DNA from: Candidatus Heimdallarchaeota archaeon
GTDB taxonomy: Archaea; Asgardarchaeota; Heimdallarchaeia; Heimdallarchaeales; Kariarchaeaceae
Direction: 5' to 3'
DNA: 61,740 nucleotides
NCBI GenBank assembly: GCA_015523565.1
Contig: WAKA01000202.1
Coordinates: 1-61,740, forward strand
Made by a program: the position numbers and the translations under genes
Notes under the pieces: generated by a model
Database searches by the model: none
What the model saw: the letters and a program-made list of their open reading frames with translations, nothing else
What the model was told of the DNA's origin: nothing
Shown: positions 11,085 to 20,482 of the stretch, piece by piece
How positions within the stretch are numbered: position 1 is the first letter of the stretch
Layout: each line of letters begins with the position of its first letter

Positions 11085-12149
11085 CTACTCCGCTTTTCTT
11101 AATACTGATTCATGATAACTAATTACTACCTTATAATAGCCCTGTAATGCCTTATCCAACTCGGCATCTCCTGTATCAATATACAACATAGGTGTTGCCT
11201 GCATCTTTTCAGGTGTTGCGAAAACCCTAATCCCCTTCTTTCCAACATTTTTCAAAATATCAGGGGGAATTTGTCTATTCCCTCTCCCAAATAAATGACC
11301 TTGAGAACCGATAGGTGTGACCCAAACCTCGTCAATTCTCATCTTTCTCAATTCATCATATGTTGCATCTTCTAAAACCCGTTCTCTTCCATTGAACACA
11401 TCAATCCCAAGCAATGATTTTTCCAATCCCATATGAATGAAAATCTGTTGCATCGTACTTCCACTCCCTACCAATATCGTCCCATGTAACCATCCTTCCT
11501 CTTCAATGCGCTGTGCAATTAATCTATAGGTATCCTCATCCGATTTTTGATGGAAGGTGGACTTTCCCACCTGAATCTGTTCAATAGCTGGAACGTATGC
11601 CGCTGAAACCAACTTAGGTATAATTCTCCCTTTTTTATATTCCTCTTCATCAAGATCTTCTATTTCAACAACTTTTGTCTTTCCATCCCAGACATCCAAA
11701 ACAATTCCCAAGTCTTCTGGTTTGTGAAGAAATACTCCTGAGAATATTTTCACTCCTGCGGGTATCCCTAAAATCGGAATTTTCCGTTCGTAGGTCTCTT
11801 TGCCGACTATTGCGGCAGTTCCATCTCCTCCCACAAAAATGATCAATTCAACCTTTTGCATAACCAATTCTTGAACTGCTTTTTTTGTATGAATTGGTTT
11901 ACTTCGTTTAGGCATTTCATAAACAACCTTCCCCAATGATGAGAACTGCTTATCTGTAACCAGCCATTCAATATCATTATTGGTTATTGAAGATATCGCC
12001 CGTTTTGCGATGTCATATGAGACCTGTTTCTCTCCTTTTTGTACTAGATCCCATGCTTTTTCAATATCATCTGTACCTTTCCATGCAAACTTAGCACCCA
12101 TTCCTGCAATGGGATTAATTACAAGCCCCAATCTTGACACATTGATCAC
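11085..12149 (-). CDS. ATP-NAD kinase family protein
   Basis: NPIAGMG, GGDGT, GIPAGVK, TPIGSQG..FGRGNRQ, DTGD. Confidence 0.85.
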   Translation of the reverse strand: MINVSRLGLVINPIAGMGAKFAWKGTDDIEKAWDLVQKGEKQVSYDIAKRAISSITNNDIEWLVTDKQFSSLGKVVYEMPKRSKPIHTKKAVQELVMQKVELIIFVGGDGTAAIVGKETYERKIPILGIPAGVKIFSGVFLHKPEDLGIVLDVWDGKTKVVEIEDLDEEEYKKGRIIPKLVSAAYVPAIEQIQVGKSTFHQKSDEDTYRLIAQRIEEEGWLHGTILVGSGSTMQQIFIHMGLEKSLLGIDVFNGRERVLEDATYDELRKMRIDEVWVTPIGSQGHLFGRGNRQIPPDILKNVGKKGIRVFATPEKMQATPMLYIDTGDAELDKALQGYYKVVISYHESVLRKAE

Positions 12150-13312
12150 GATTTTCCAAATATTCCTTGGATTGCATGTGCTACTCTCTCACGCTCTTCT
12201 TGTGTAAGACTTGGGACAACTGGTATTTCAAAATGGTTTGGGCCAATTTTCTCAGAAATCGGACAGTGTATTTTTGTGTAATCTGGATAGTTGACACATG
12301 CACTCCATCTCCATTCTTTAATATTGACAAAATTCTGTTGCTGATAACTTAATGTGGCATATATCGGTCTTGCCATGACCCTATGCTCCTTGAATTTTTC
12401 AACAGCCTCTTTTGGTTTAATGGAACTATTTCGGGTGTCAATGGCAAAGATGTAATCTGCATGTGTAAATCCCTTAGGGATATGCTGATAATCAATTGTT
12501 TCAATTTCATCAATTATCTTTCTATAATATTCCGCATTTTTTGATCTCTTTTCCAAAAGCTCACTTATCCTATCCATCTGTACTGACGCAATTGCCCCCT
12601 GTAAATCCGTCATCCGATAGTTGAATCCAACACGTACATGCTTATATCCTCCTTCCAACGTTCTTCCATGATTCTTCAGCGATTCAACTTTCTCTGCCAA
12701 CTCTTCATTATTGGTTACAACAACCCCTCCCTCACCAGAAATCAAATTTTTTGTTGCATATAGGGAAAAGGTTGCTATATCTCCAAAATTTCCTGCATGA
12801 ACTCCATCAATCCTTGCTCCATGAGCTTGTGCCGCATCTTCAATTAGAATTAGGTCTTTGTCATCTGCAAGGTCTCTGAATGCCTTCATATCTGCTGGTA
12901 GCCCAAAAATATGTACTGGCATGATTGCCTTCGTCTTTTCAGTGATTGCTTCCTCCACTTTTTCTGGATCCAAGTTCCAAGTGTCTGATTGAACATCCAC
13001 AAACTTTGGCACTGCCCCAACAAACAGGATGGAATTCGATGTTGCAATAAATGTAAATGGTGTAGTTATTACCTCATCTCCTGGTTTTAATCCAACTGCT
13101 TCCATCGCCAAATGAAGCGCGGCTGTTCCGTTTGCACATGTTATCGCATTTTTTACCCCCGTGAATGCCTTGAATTTTTCTTCAAACTCTTTTGAATACT
13201 TTCCTTCAATCAACCGTTTGGATTCAATTACTTCTATAACAGCCTCTTTCTCTTTTCCTGTCAAGGAAACATCAACAAATGGTATGACACGGTCATTCAT
13301 TGATCTTTTCAA
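12146..13312 (-). CDS. DegT/DnrJ/EryC1/StrS PLP-dependent sugar aminotransferase
   Basis: NGTAALH, PFTFIAT, EDAAQAHG, FSLYATKN, GEGG, GFNYRM. Confidence 0.93.
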   Translation of the reverse strand: MKRSMNDRVIPFVDVSLTGKEKEAVIEVIESKRLIEGKYSKEFEEKFKAFTGVKNAITCANGTAALHLAMEAVGLKPGDEVITTPFTFIATSNSILFVGAVPKFVDVQSDTWNLDPEKVEEAITEKTKAIMPVHIFGLPADMKAFRDLADDKDLILIEDAAQAHGARIDGVHAGNFGDIATFSLYATKNLISGEGGVVVTNNEELAEKVESLKNHGRTLEGGYKHVRVGFNYRMTDLQGAIASVQMDRISELLEKRSKNAEYYRKIIDEIETIDYQHIPKGFTHADYIFAIDTRNSSIKPKEAVEKFKEHRVMARPIYATLSYQQQNFVNIKEWRWSACVNYPDYTKIHCPISEKIGPNHFEIPVVPSLTQEERERVAHAIQGIFGKS

Positions 13313-13350
13313 TTCAATTATCTATTTTACTTTGTCCATTCATCTTGATA

Positions 13351-13674
13351 CTAACTTGCTTTTACTTTATGGATTTTGTCTCCTGATCGCCCCCGAATTC
13401 TGATTATCCACTCACCTTTTGCGGGAACTGCCAGCTTTTGACTAAAGCTGAATGGCTTGATTACCATAATTGCCATTCCTGGTGCAGATTGACCATAATA
13501 ATCCACTACAATGGTTTTTGTATTTTCATCTATGTGGACTTTTGTGTCTGTATGCTTCCATGCTGGGGTCGGCCATTCTGCATCCACCTCTATTGTGAAT
13601 TGCTTGCCAACTTCCACAGATTCAGGTCCTCTTATGGACTTGATAAATGGTAATGATCTTGTGTCGTTTCTCAT
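13351..13674 (-). CDS. Small hypothetical beta-sandwich protein
   Basis: 107-aa ORF co-oriented between hbd and the DegT gene; alternating beta-strand pattern. Confidence 0.65.
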   Translation of the reverse strand: MRNDTRSLPFIKSIRGPESVEVGKQFTIEVDAEWPTPAWKHTDTKVHIDENTKTIVVDYYGQSAPGMAIMVIKPFSFSQKLAVPAKGEWIIRIRGRSGDKIHKVKAS

Positions 13675-13680
13675 GATTGC

Positions 13681-14550
13681 TCACTTGTACTCAAAGAAAC
13701 CTTTTCCGGTTTTTATTCCGAGATTCCCTTCTTCAACCAGTTTCACTAGGATGTCTGCTGGTTTATAGCAATCCCCAAATGATCTTTGCATTGTGCGCTG
13801 ACTGGCAAGGGCAACATCTAATCCAACCATATCTGCAAGCGTCAACGGTCCGACAGGAAAATTAGCTCCTAGAACCAATGCCTTGTCAATGTCCTCAGGA
13901 CTTGCGACTCCCTCATCCAATAGTTTTGCTGCCTCATTCAATGCAGGCAAAAGTACTCTATTCACAATGAAACCTGGAGAATCCTTGGTTACAATGGGTT
14001 GTTTCCCTAACTTTTCAACAAACTTGATTGCTGTCTCTTTTACTTCGTCGGATGTTTCCTTTCCTAAAACCACTTCAACAAGTTTCATTGCCGCAGGTGG
14101 ATTGAAAAAATGAAGCCCAATAACTCTTTCAGGGTTCTTGACAACAGTCGCAATTTCTGTTATGGATAATGTGCTGGTATTTGATGCCAAGATTGTGTCT
14201 TCACTTGCAATTTCTGATAATTTGCTGAATACGTCCTTTTTTACATCCATGTTCTCAAAAACGGCTTCTATGACTAAATTTGCTCCCTCTACCGCTGACT
14301 TCATGTCAAGTGTTGGCTTTATCCTATGGAACACCTTTTCCCCATCCGCAGGTGACATTTTCCCTCTTTCTATCCCCTGCATCAATGCCCTTCTGATTTT
14401 GTCCATACCTGCATCCAGAAATTTCTGTTCTTTGTCTAAAACTGTTACATTGTACCCTGCTACAGCAGATACATATGCAATTCCTGAACCCATTGCTCCT
14501 GTTCCTATAACTACTATATTTTGGATGTCCATATGCAGGAATATCATCAT
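13681..14550 (-). CDS. 3-hydroxyacyl/3-hydroxybutyryl-CoA dehydrogenase
   Basis: GTGAMGSGIA, IEAVFE, ASNTS, GLHFFNP, PGFIVNR, GPLTLAD. Confidence 0.94.
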   Translation of the reverse strand: MMIFLHMDIQNIVVIGTGAMGSGIAYVSAVAGYNVTVLDKEQKFLDAGMDKIRRALMQGIERGKMSPADGEKVFHRIKPTLDMKSAVEGANLVIEAVFENMDVKKDVFSKLSEIASEDTILASNTSTLSITEIATVVKNPERVIGLHFFNPPAAMKLVEVVLGKETSDEVKETAIKFVEKLGKQPIVTKDSPGFIVNRVLLPALNEAAKLLDEGVASPEDIDKALVLGANFPVGPLTLADMVGLDVALASQRTMQRSFGDCYKPADILVKLVEEGNLGIKTGKGFFEYK

Positions 14551-14712
14551 GGGTTTTTTTATCTTGAGTAAATATCTTGGAAGATTGAAGTCGAAAATAT
14601 GAAAATTTCAACGAAGAGGTAGTAAAAATCAAAATCAGTTCTTGATTTGTCAATTCTGTATGCCCTTTGAAGCAACTATTATATTCCAATAAAATAATTT
14701 GGCTTAACTACG

Positions 14713-15516
14713 GTGATAAGAATGAGTACTGTATTATACAGCAAAGAAGGAACTTTCTTAAGTACAACACAGAACATTGCTAAAATTACTCTAAACAAGC
14801 CTGCTTCCTTGAACGCACTTGGTCCTGATCTTGTTGCAGATCTAGAGGAGGCAATCGATAAGGCATTGGCAGATGATGAAATCAGAACCATAATCATCAC
14901 TGGTGAAGGTAAGGCATTTTGTGCAGGTGCAGACCTAAAAGCCTTGAGCAAGCTTACTCCTGAAGAAGCCCATGAATATTCAATCAAAGGTCAAGCCCTT
15001 TTCCGCAAAATTGAACAAGCTCCAAAAGCCGTCATTGCCGCAATAAATGGAATATGCTTGGGCGGTGGATTGGAATTGGCTATGTCTTGTGATATTAGGG
15101 TTGCAGCAAGCGAAATAAAATTGGGATTGCCAGAAGTGTCTCTAGGTCTAATCCCTGCTTGGGGCGGTTCCCAACGACTTCCCTATCTTGTGGGCATGTC
15201 AAAAGCAAGAGAGATGATCTTGACTGGAACCATGATTTCTTCTGAAGAAGCCCTTCAAATAGGTCTTGTCAGCAAGGTTGTGCCAGCAGATGAACTACAG
15301 GCAACTGCCGCATTCTTGGCCACAAAAATTGGGGAAAATGCGCCATTGGCAATTAAATATGCTAAAGATGCATTAAATGCAAGCAGAACTTTAAGTATCG
15401 AGGATGGCAATAAACTAGAATTGGAGATAGCTGATAAGTTGGCTGCTTCTGAAGACCTGCGCGAAGGAATAACTGCCTTCGCTGAAAAACGCAAACCCGT
15501 TTTCAAAGGCAAATAA
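14713..15516 (+). CDS. Enoyl-CoA hydratase/crotonase
   Basis: AFCAGAD, GGGLELA, LPEVSLG, EGITAFAEKR. Confidence 0.94.
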   Translation: MIRMSTVLYSKEGTFLSTTQNIAKITLNKPASLNALGPDLVADLEEAIDKALADDEIRTIIITGEGKAFCAGADLKALSKLTPEEAHEYSIKGQALFRKIEQAPKAVIAAINGICLGGGLELAMSCDIRVAASEIKLGLPEVSLGLIPAWGGSQRLPYLVGMSKAREMILTGTMISSEEALQIGLVSKVVPADELQATAAFLATKIGENAPLAIKYAKDALNASRTLSIEDGNKLELEIADKLAASEDLREGITAFAEKRKPVFKGK

Positions 15517-15522
15517 AATGCT

Positions 15523-16698
15523 ATGGTGACAATAAAAATGGATGAAGATGTTGTAATCGTTGGTGGTGGACATTCAAAATTTGGCAAACGCAAGGGACTG
15601 GGTATCCGGGAACTTGCCTTTGAAGCTGTTGAATCCCTCCTGAAAGATTTTAATATGGGGCTTGAGGATATCGATGCCTCTGTCATAGGTATTGCAGGCG
15701 AAGAATTTTCTGGACAAGGTGCCCCTGCTGCAGTCATAAATGATGAAATTGGAATGGCTGGAAAACCTACCTTGCGAGTTGAATCTGCATGTGCAACAGG
15801 AACCGCGGCAATTAAAGCCGCCTATGGATGGATTAAAGCTGGATTCTATGATTCTGTATTGGTTTTGGGTGTTGAGAAAATGACCTCTGTCTCCTCTGCA
15901 CGGGCTACTGAGTTGATGGCTAGGGCTGGGGACGTAAGATGGGAATCACCATATGGTTGTACATTTCCTGGTTATTATGCATTATTCGCAAGTGCACACA
16001 TGAAAGAATACGGAACCACAAAAGAGATGCTTTCCGCCGTAGGTGTCAAGGCTCATCATTATGGTGCCATGAACCCGTTGGCTCACTTGCAAAAGGAGGT
16101 CAGCCTTTCTGAGGCAATGAATGCAGTACCAATTGCCCATCCTCTAAACCTTTATGACTGTTCTTTAATTTCTGATGGGGCCGCTGCTGTTGTCTTGACA
16201 AGAGAAAGTATTGCCAAGAAATTTACAGACACACCTATCAAGATCAAAGGTATTGGATCTGGTTCAGATACTATGCAAGTTGCCCAACGAAAGTCTTTAA
16301 CCTCACTTCAAGGTGCTAAAGACGCGGCAAGGAAGGCATATAAGATGGCTGGTATTACCCCCAATGATGTTGATGTCGCAGAGGTGCATGACTGTTTTAC
16401 TATTGCTGAAATCATTGCAACTGAAGACCTTGGATTCTTTGAACCTGGACAGGGTGGTCCTGCTGTATTGGATCAGCAAACATATATCGGTGGCAAAATT
16501 CCTGTAAATGTAGACGGTGGTCTTAAATCAAAAGGTCATCCACTTGGGGCGACAGGAGTATCTCAAGCATATGAATTAAGAAAGCAATTGCTTGGAGAAG
16601 CAGGAAAAAGACAGGTTGACGGTGCAACAATTGGTCTAAGCCATAATGTCGGTCAGTCGGGTCAATTTGTCAATGTTATCATCTACGGAAGGGATTGA
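15523..16698 (+). CDS. Archaeal-type thiolase (acetyl-CoA acetyltransferase)
   Basis: ESACATG, EVHDCF, GGLKSKGHPLGATG. Confidence 0.94.
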   Translation: MVTIKMDEDVVIVGGGHSKFGKRKGLGIRELAFEAVESLLKDFNMGLEDIDASVIGIAGEEFSGQGAPAAVINDEIGMAGKPTLRVESACATGTAAIKAAYGWIKAGFYDSVLVLGVEKMTSVSSARATELMARAGDVRWESPYGCTFPGYYALFASAHMKEYGTTKEMLSAVGVKAHHYGAMNPLAHLQKEVSLSEAMNAVPIAHPLNLYDCSLISDGAAAVVLTRESIAKKFTDTPIKIKGIGSGSDTMQVAQRKSLTSLQGAKDAARKAYKMAGITPNDVDVAEVHDCFTIAEIIATEDLGFFEPGQGGPAVLDQQTYIGGKIPVNVDGGLKSKGHPLGATGVSQAYELRKQLLGEAGKRQVDGATIGLSHNVGQSGQFVNVIIYGRD

Positions 16699-16699
16699 A

Positions 16700-17119
16700 A
16701 TGTCGGAACAGCAAGCGATTAAATTTGGTTACATAACGTATGAGGAAACAGTTCCTCTGACTTCTGAATTCGCTCAAAACCTTTTGGAAGGGAAAATTGT
16801 TGGAAAAGTATGCAACAATTGCAAGGCTAAATACCTACCCCCTCGCAATGGTTGCTCAAAATGCTTCAGCAGGGATCTGTCACCTTTTGAGGTTTCACCG
16901 GAAGCAACACTTAAGGCATTTACTGTTATTCATTTCCCTCCCGAATCCTTTGCCGATAAAGCACCTTACATTGTTGCAATCGGTGAATTTGAAGATGGAA
17001 CTGCTGTCCTCGCACATCTTACGGGAATGACGGCTATGCCCCAAGTTGGCATGAAAATTAAACTTGTTGGTCAAAAAATAGCTCAAGATCGAGTTGTCTA
17101 TAAATTTGTAAAGGTCTAA
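16700..17119 (+). CDS. DUF35 Zn-ribbon/OB-fold thiolase partner
   Basis: CNNC...PPRNGCSKC, APYIVAIGE; ATG 1 nt after the thiolase stop. Confidence 0.9.
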   Translation: MSEQQAIKFGYITYEETVPLTSEFAQNLLEGKIVGKVCNNCKAKYLPPRNGCSKCFSRDLSPFEVSPEATLKAFTVIHFPPESFADKAPYIVAIGEFEDGTAVLAHLTGMTAMPQVGMKIKLVGQKIAQDRVVYKFVKV

Positions 17120-17189
17120 TTTGCACTAATTCTCTCAAACTCTATCGATAATTAAAAAAGAGCATTGTTTAATCCTCATATGTTTACCA

Positions 17190-18353
17190 ATGAAAGTTCA
17201 TTATGTGCTTCTATTTGTAATCTTGGCTTCGGCGATGATGCCGGCTTTTGGACAGCAGGTTGAAGACAAGTACGTGATTTTATTCGACCAATCACATGGG
17301 CAATACTTTACCCCTGAAATGTTGAAAACAGCATTTGATTCACTTAATGCCCTTGAAACTTACTTCAATATCAAAATTGAAGTCAAAACAATAAATAGTA
17401 AGTTTAATTTGACTAACCTCCAAGGAGCTGATCTTCTTATTATTACAAACCCCGATTCTGGAAGCACGACATCAACTGAAGAGAAAAGGGCATTGGCTGA
17501 TTTTATCCGAGCAGGAGGAAGCACACTCTATTTGGGCAATCCTTACAGTGATGATAAAAATATCACTGGAAATCCTCAACTCATCAATGACTTGATGGAT
17601 AGTAGCTTCCAACCTAGAACCTCATTTCAGCCTGCAAAGGATACCTTGGATAAGCCAACAGTTGTTGTGGACGACTTCAACAATGACGGAAACATAACGC
17701 ATGTGGTTTTGACCAATGATACCTTGAATTTTGATGCAATGCATAAGGGACCAAACCCTGGCTTTACTAATGTCTCGAAAATTCTCTACTATGGCACTCC
17801 AATTGTCGATAAGGATTCCGTTTCCAGCCTTTACAAAAGAATTGTCTATGGAAATTTCTCACATACAACTTATGCTGTTGATGAAAAATTTGACACTGCA
17901 GTTCTTTCACAGACATTCTATTGGCTAGTTGGAAAAGAATACAAACAAGGCAGAACAATGGCCATTGGAAGCACGATAATGTTCAGTGACCTTCCATATG
18001 ATGAAAATTCAAAATGGATTGATCAAATGGATAACCTTAAGCTTTTCCAAAATGTAATCGCTTGGCTTCTTCAACTTACTCCACTTGATCCTGAAACACC
18101 AATTGTCGAAAAAGATTTTGGCTTTTTTGTTGCCTTGAACCTCTCAATTTCTGTAGGATTTGCCTTACTTGTTGCAATTGTTGCCTTTGCAAGTCTTATA
18201 TTAAGTGGTAAACTTTCTCCATCTGATGTCACAAAATTCAAGCGTGAACAACCAAAACTTCAGAAGGAAGTAAAACAAACTAAACTGGCTTCATCTGGAA
18301 AACAAGCCAAAACAACCAAGAAAAAGAAGAAGAAAAGAGGTCAAGTCAAGTAA
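17190..18353 (+). CDS. Secreted, membrane-anchored GIFT/GldG/DUF4350-like domain protein
   Basis: Signal peptide; ILFDQSHGQ, DLLIITNP, FIRAGGSTLYLG, GRTMAIGS..MFSD, DNLKLFQNVIAWL; C-terminal TM and polybasic tail. Confidence 0.7.
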   Translation: MKVHYVLLFVILASAMMPAFGQQVEDKYVILFDQSHGQYFTPEMLKTAFDSLNALETYFNIKIEVKTINSKFNLTNLQGADLLIITNPDSGSTTSTEEKRALADFIRAGGSTLYLGNPYSDDKNITGNPQLINDLMDSSFQPRTSFQPAKDTLDKPTVVVDDFNNDGNITHVVLTNDTLNFDAMHKGPNPGFTNVSKILYYGTPIVDKDSVSSLYKRIVYGNFSHTTYAVDEKFDTAVLSQTFYWLVGKEYKQGRTMAIGSTIMFSDLPYDENSKWIDQMDNLKLFQNVIAWLLQLTPLDPETPIVEKDFGFFVALNLSISVGFALLVAIVAFASLILSGKLSPSDVTKFKREQPKLQKEVKQTKLASSGKQAKTTKKKKKKRGQVK

Positions 18354-20482
18354 TCTGCCTTTATACCCATTCTATCCAATTCTTCAATAATCTCCCTTCC
18401 ATACATTTTTATTGGTGATTTCCCATTTATTTTCCCTAGTACACCTTCAATCCCCCAAATTTTTCTGTTTAACTCATTAAATCTAACCAGTGCGTTAATG
18501 ATGTTTTCTCTTTTTGTCCAATGTCTCAAAACTTTGAAATTCGCGAAATATCCATCTCCTATCACCTCTTTTGTCAGATACCCAACAATTAAACTCCCAT
18601 GAAATACCATATACCCATTTTCAAATTCTGAAAGTGACTTTGGCTGTAAAAATGGGTTTCTTTCGATTTCTGTGGGTAGATATAAAATGCTTATTGGATC
18701 TGAAAATGGAAGAAACCTTATCTCTTGATCCATTACGCTCGTCCTTCTTAATTCCTCAATAACTTGTCCATATGCGATTTGATTCTCATTCTTTGGATAG
18801 GATATGAAATTCCCCGTTTCAATAACCCCTCTTCTTGACATATCTTTTTCCAATTTTCTTACTTCTTGATATGTCCATCCAAAATATCGTGATATTTGGG
18901 TTACCGTCAGTGGCAATTGATGCTTCAATAATTCTAATAGCAAATACTCCTTTGCTTGTTTCAAACTGAATTGTTCCTCATAATCAAAAATTTCCCATTG
19001 TGTAAACTCATCGTCCAATATTTCTACTCCTAAGCGTTTGACTTGATATTTCCTTTCCAAATACCTTAGCCGCTGTATTACTTTTGTATAAGGCATGTTT
19101 AACTCTTCTTGAAGCTCTGAAAGGGACATTCCCGGATATTTTCTTAATAACGCCATTATCTGCTCATCAAGAAGAGTTGGTGAATATGAAGGTCTTGCAA
19201 TAGTTGCATATGCAAGTAAATGTTCTCGTTTCATTATTCCCAACCTCCCATTTGCACCTATCCCTATTCCCATACCACTTTCAGGTAATTGTGGTCTTTT
19301 AAAAATTCTAAAGGCAATGGATTCTAATGAATTGATTTGCATCACTCTTCTAAAAACATCTTCTTCAGATTTAATCTCAAGAAAATGATGCCTTAATAAC
19401 CATGAATTACTTCTTTCCAAAGTGAACATTCCTGAAACTTCATTATCCCTCTTTTTGAATTTGGTAAACACTAATCCTTCTGCTGTTTTTTCATATCCTT
19501 TATTTAAGAGGAAAAGAACTGTGTCTTTTGAAGATATTCCCATCTTGCTTTGTCTATAATCGATTTTTGCTTTATATCCCCTTTCCTGACCCCATTGCTC
19601 CAAATATTTGATTACTTCATCTAAAGGGAAATCACTCCAAACCAAATCACTTATGGTCATTTCTGATTTCTTCAGGCGTATCTTAAAAGTGGCCGCAATT
19701 TTCCCATTTTTTAACAATACTGTTGTGTTTCGCTTGGCTTTCTTTTCTTCAATCCATATTAATTCCACTAGTGGGTCTGCATCATCAAGCACCATAGCAC
19801 TTTCATCTTCGTTTTCCCCTTCCATTATTCCAGTTAATGCAAAAACTTCTTTCTTGTGGGTCAACTTAAATGGTCTCCAAATCATTCCCTCACGCTCTAA
19901 TAGCATTAAATCCCCCATGAACTTATATTCTGGAAGACCTGAAAAAAAAGAAATTCCCTCAAGTGTTAAATATCCAAAAGTCTTAAAGAGTTCAATTAAC
20001 ACTATTCGAACACTTCTTTTTTCATTTTCTTGGATTCTTTTCCAATAATGATATGTCTTTGTTTTACCTTGTCGCTCTACAAGTATTAACCAATCTTTTC
20101 TCATTTTTGCAGTTTCCATGGTGACTTTTCTAGACGAAAATCCTCTGTTTATCAGTTCTGCATGTGTAATTCTTTGTTCTTTTTTTATCTCTTCAAAAAT
20201 TGGATTTCCTTCGAAATATCCCTCATTTTCTTCCCTGAGAAAAAACGGTAGCAGACTTTTGACCCGTTTTTCTGTAACGATTTTTGTTTTACTTTTGACT
20301 AATACTTCAAACGTGGAATTACTTAATTCCCGCTTTGCAGTTCTTTCTCCCATTTTATAAAAACTCATTAGTGAAAGATGGTTTCCAACCCACCATAGTG
20401 CATCTTTCCATTCATTTACTTGTGTAAGTGAATGAAAATGCTTATACCGAAGCTCTTGTAAAGTGGAAAAAGATATTTTCAT
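18341..20482 (-). CDS. Multi winged-helix protein resembling the Lhr C-terminal (HTH_42/AlkZ-like) region
   Basis: Repeated wHTH segments (GMSLSELQEELNMPYTKVIQRLRYLE; PLTVTQISRYFGW) and two DP motifs (LDDADPLV, FLPFSDPI); 1-nt overlap with the lhr stop. Confidence 0.65.
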   Translation of the reverse strand: MKISFSTLQELRYKHFHSLTQVNEWKDALWWVGNHLSLMSFYKMGERTAKRELSNSTFEVLVKSKTKIVTEKRVKSLLPFFLREENEGYFEGNPIFEEIKKEQRITHAELINRGFSSRKVTMETAKMRKDWLILVERQGKTKTYHYWKRIQENEKRSVRIVLIELFKTFGYLTLEGISFFSGLPEYKFMGDLMLLEREGMIWRPFKLTHKKEVFALTGIMEGENEDESAMVLDDADPLVELIWIEEKKAKRNTTVLLKNGKIAATFKIRLKKSEMTISDLVWSDFPLDEVIKYLEQWGQERGYKAKIDYRQSKMGISSKDTVLFLLNKGYEKTAEGLVFTKFKKRDNEVSGMFTLERSNSWLLRHHFLEIKSEEDVFRRVMQINSLESIAFRIFKRPQLPESGMGIGIGANGRLGIMKREHLLAYATIARPSYSPTLLDEQIMALLRKYPGMSLSELQEELNMPYTKVIQRLRYLERKYQVKRLGVEILDDEFTQWEIFDYEEQFSLKQAKEYLLLELLKHQLPLTVTQISRYFGWTYQEVRKLEKDMSRRGVIETGNFISYPKNENQIAYGQVIEELRRTSVMDQEIRFLPFSDPISILYLPTEIERNPFLQPKSLSEFENGYMVFHGSLIVGYLTKEVIGDGYFANFKVLRHWTKRENIINALVRFNELNRKIWGIEGVLGKINGKSPIKMYGREIIEELDRMGIKADYLT

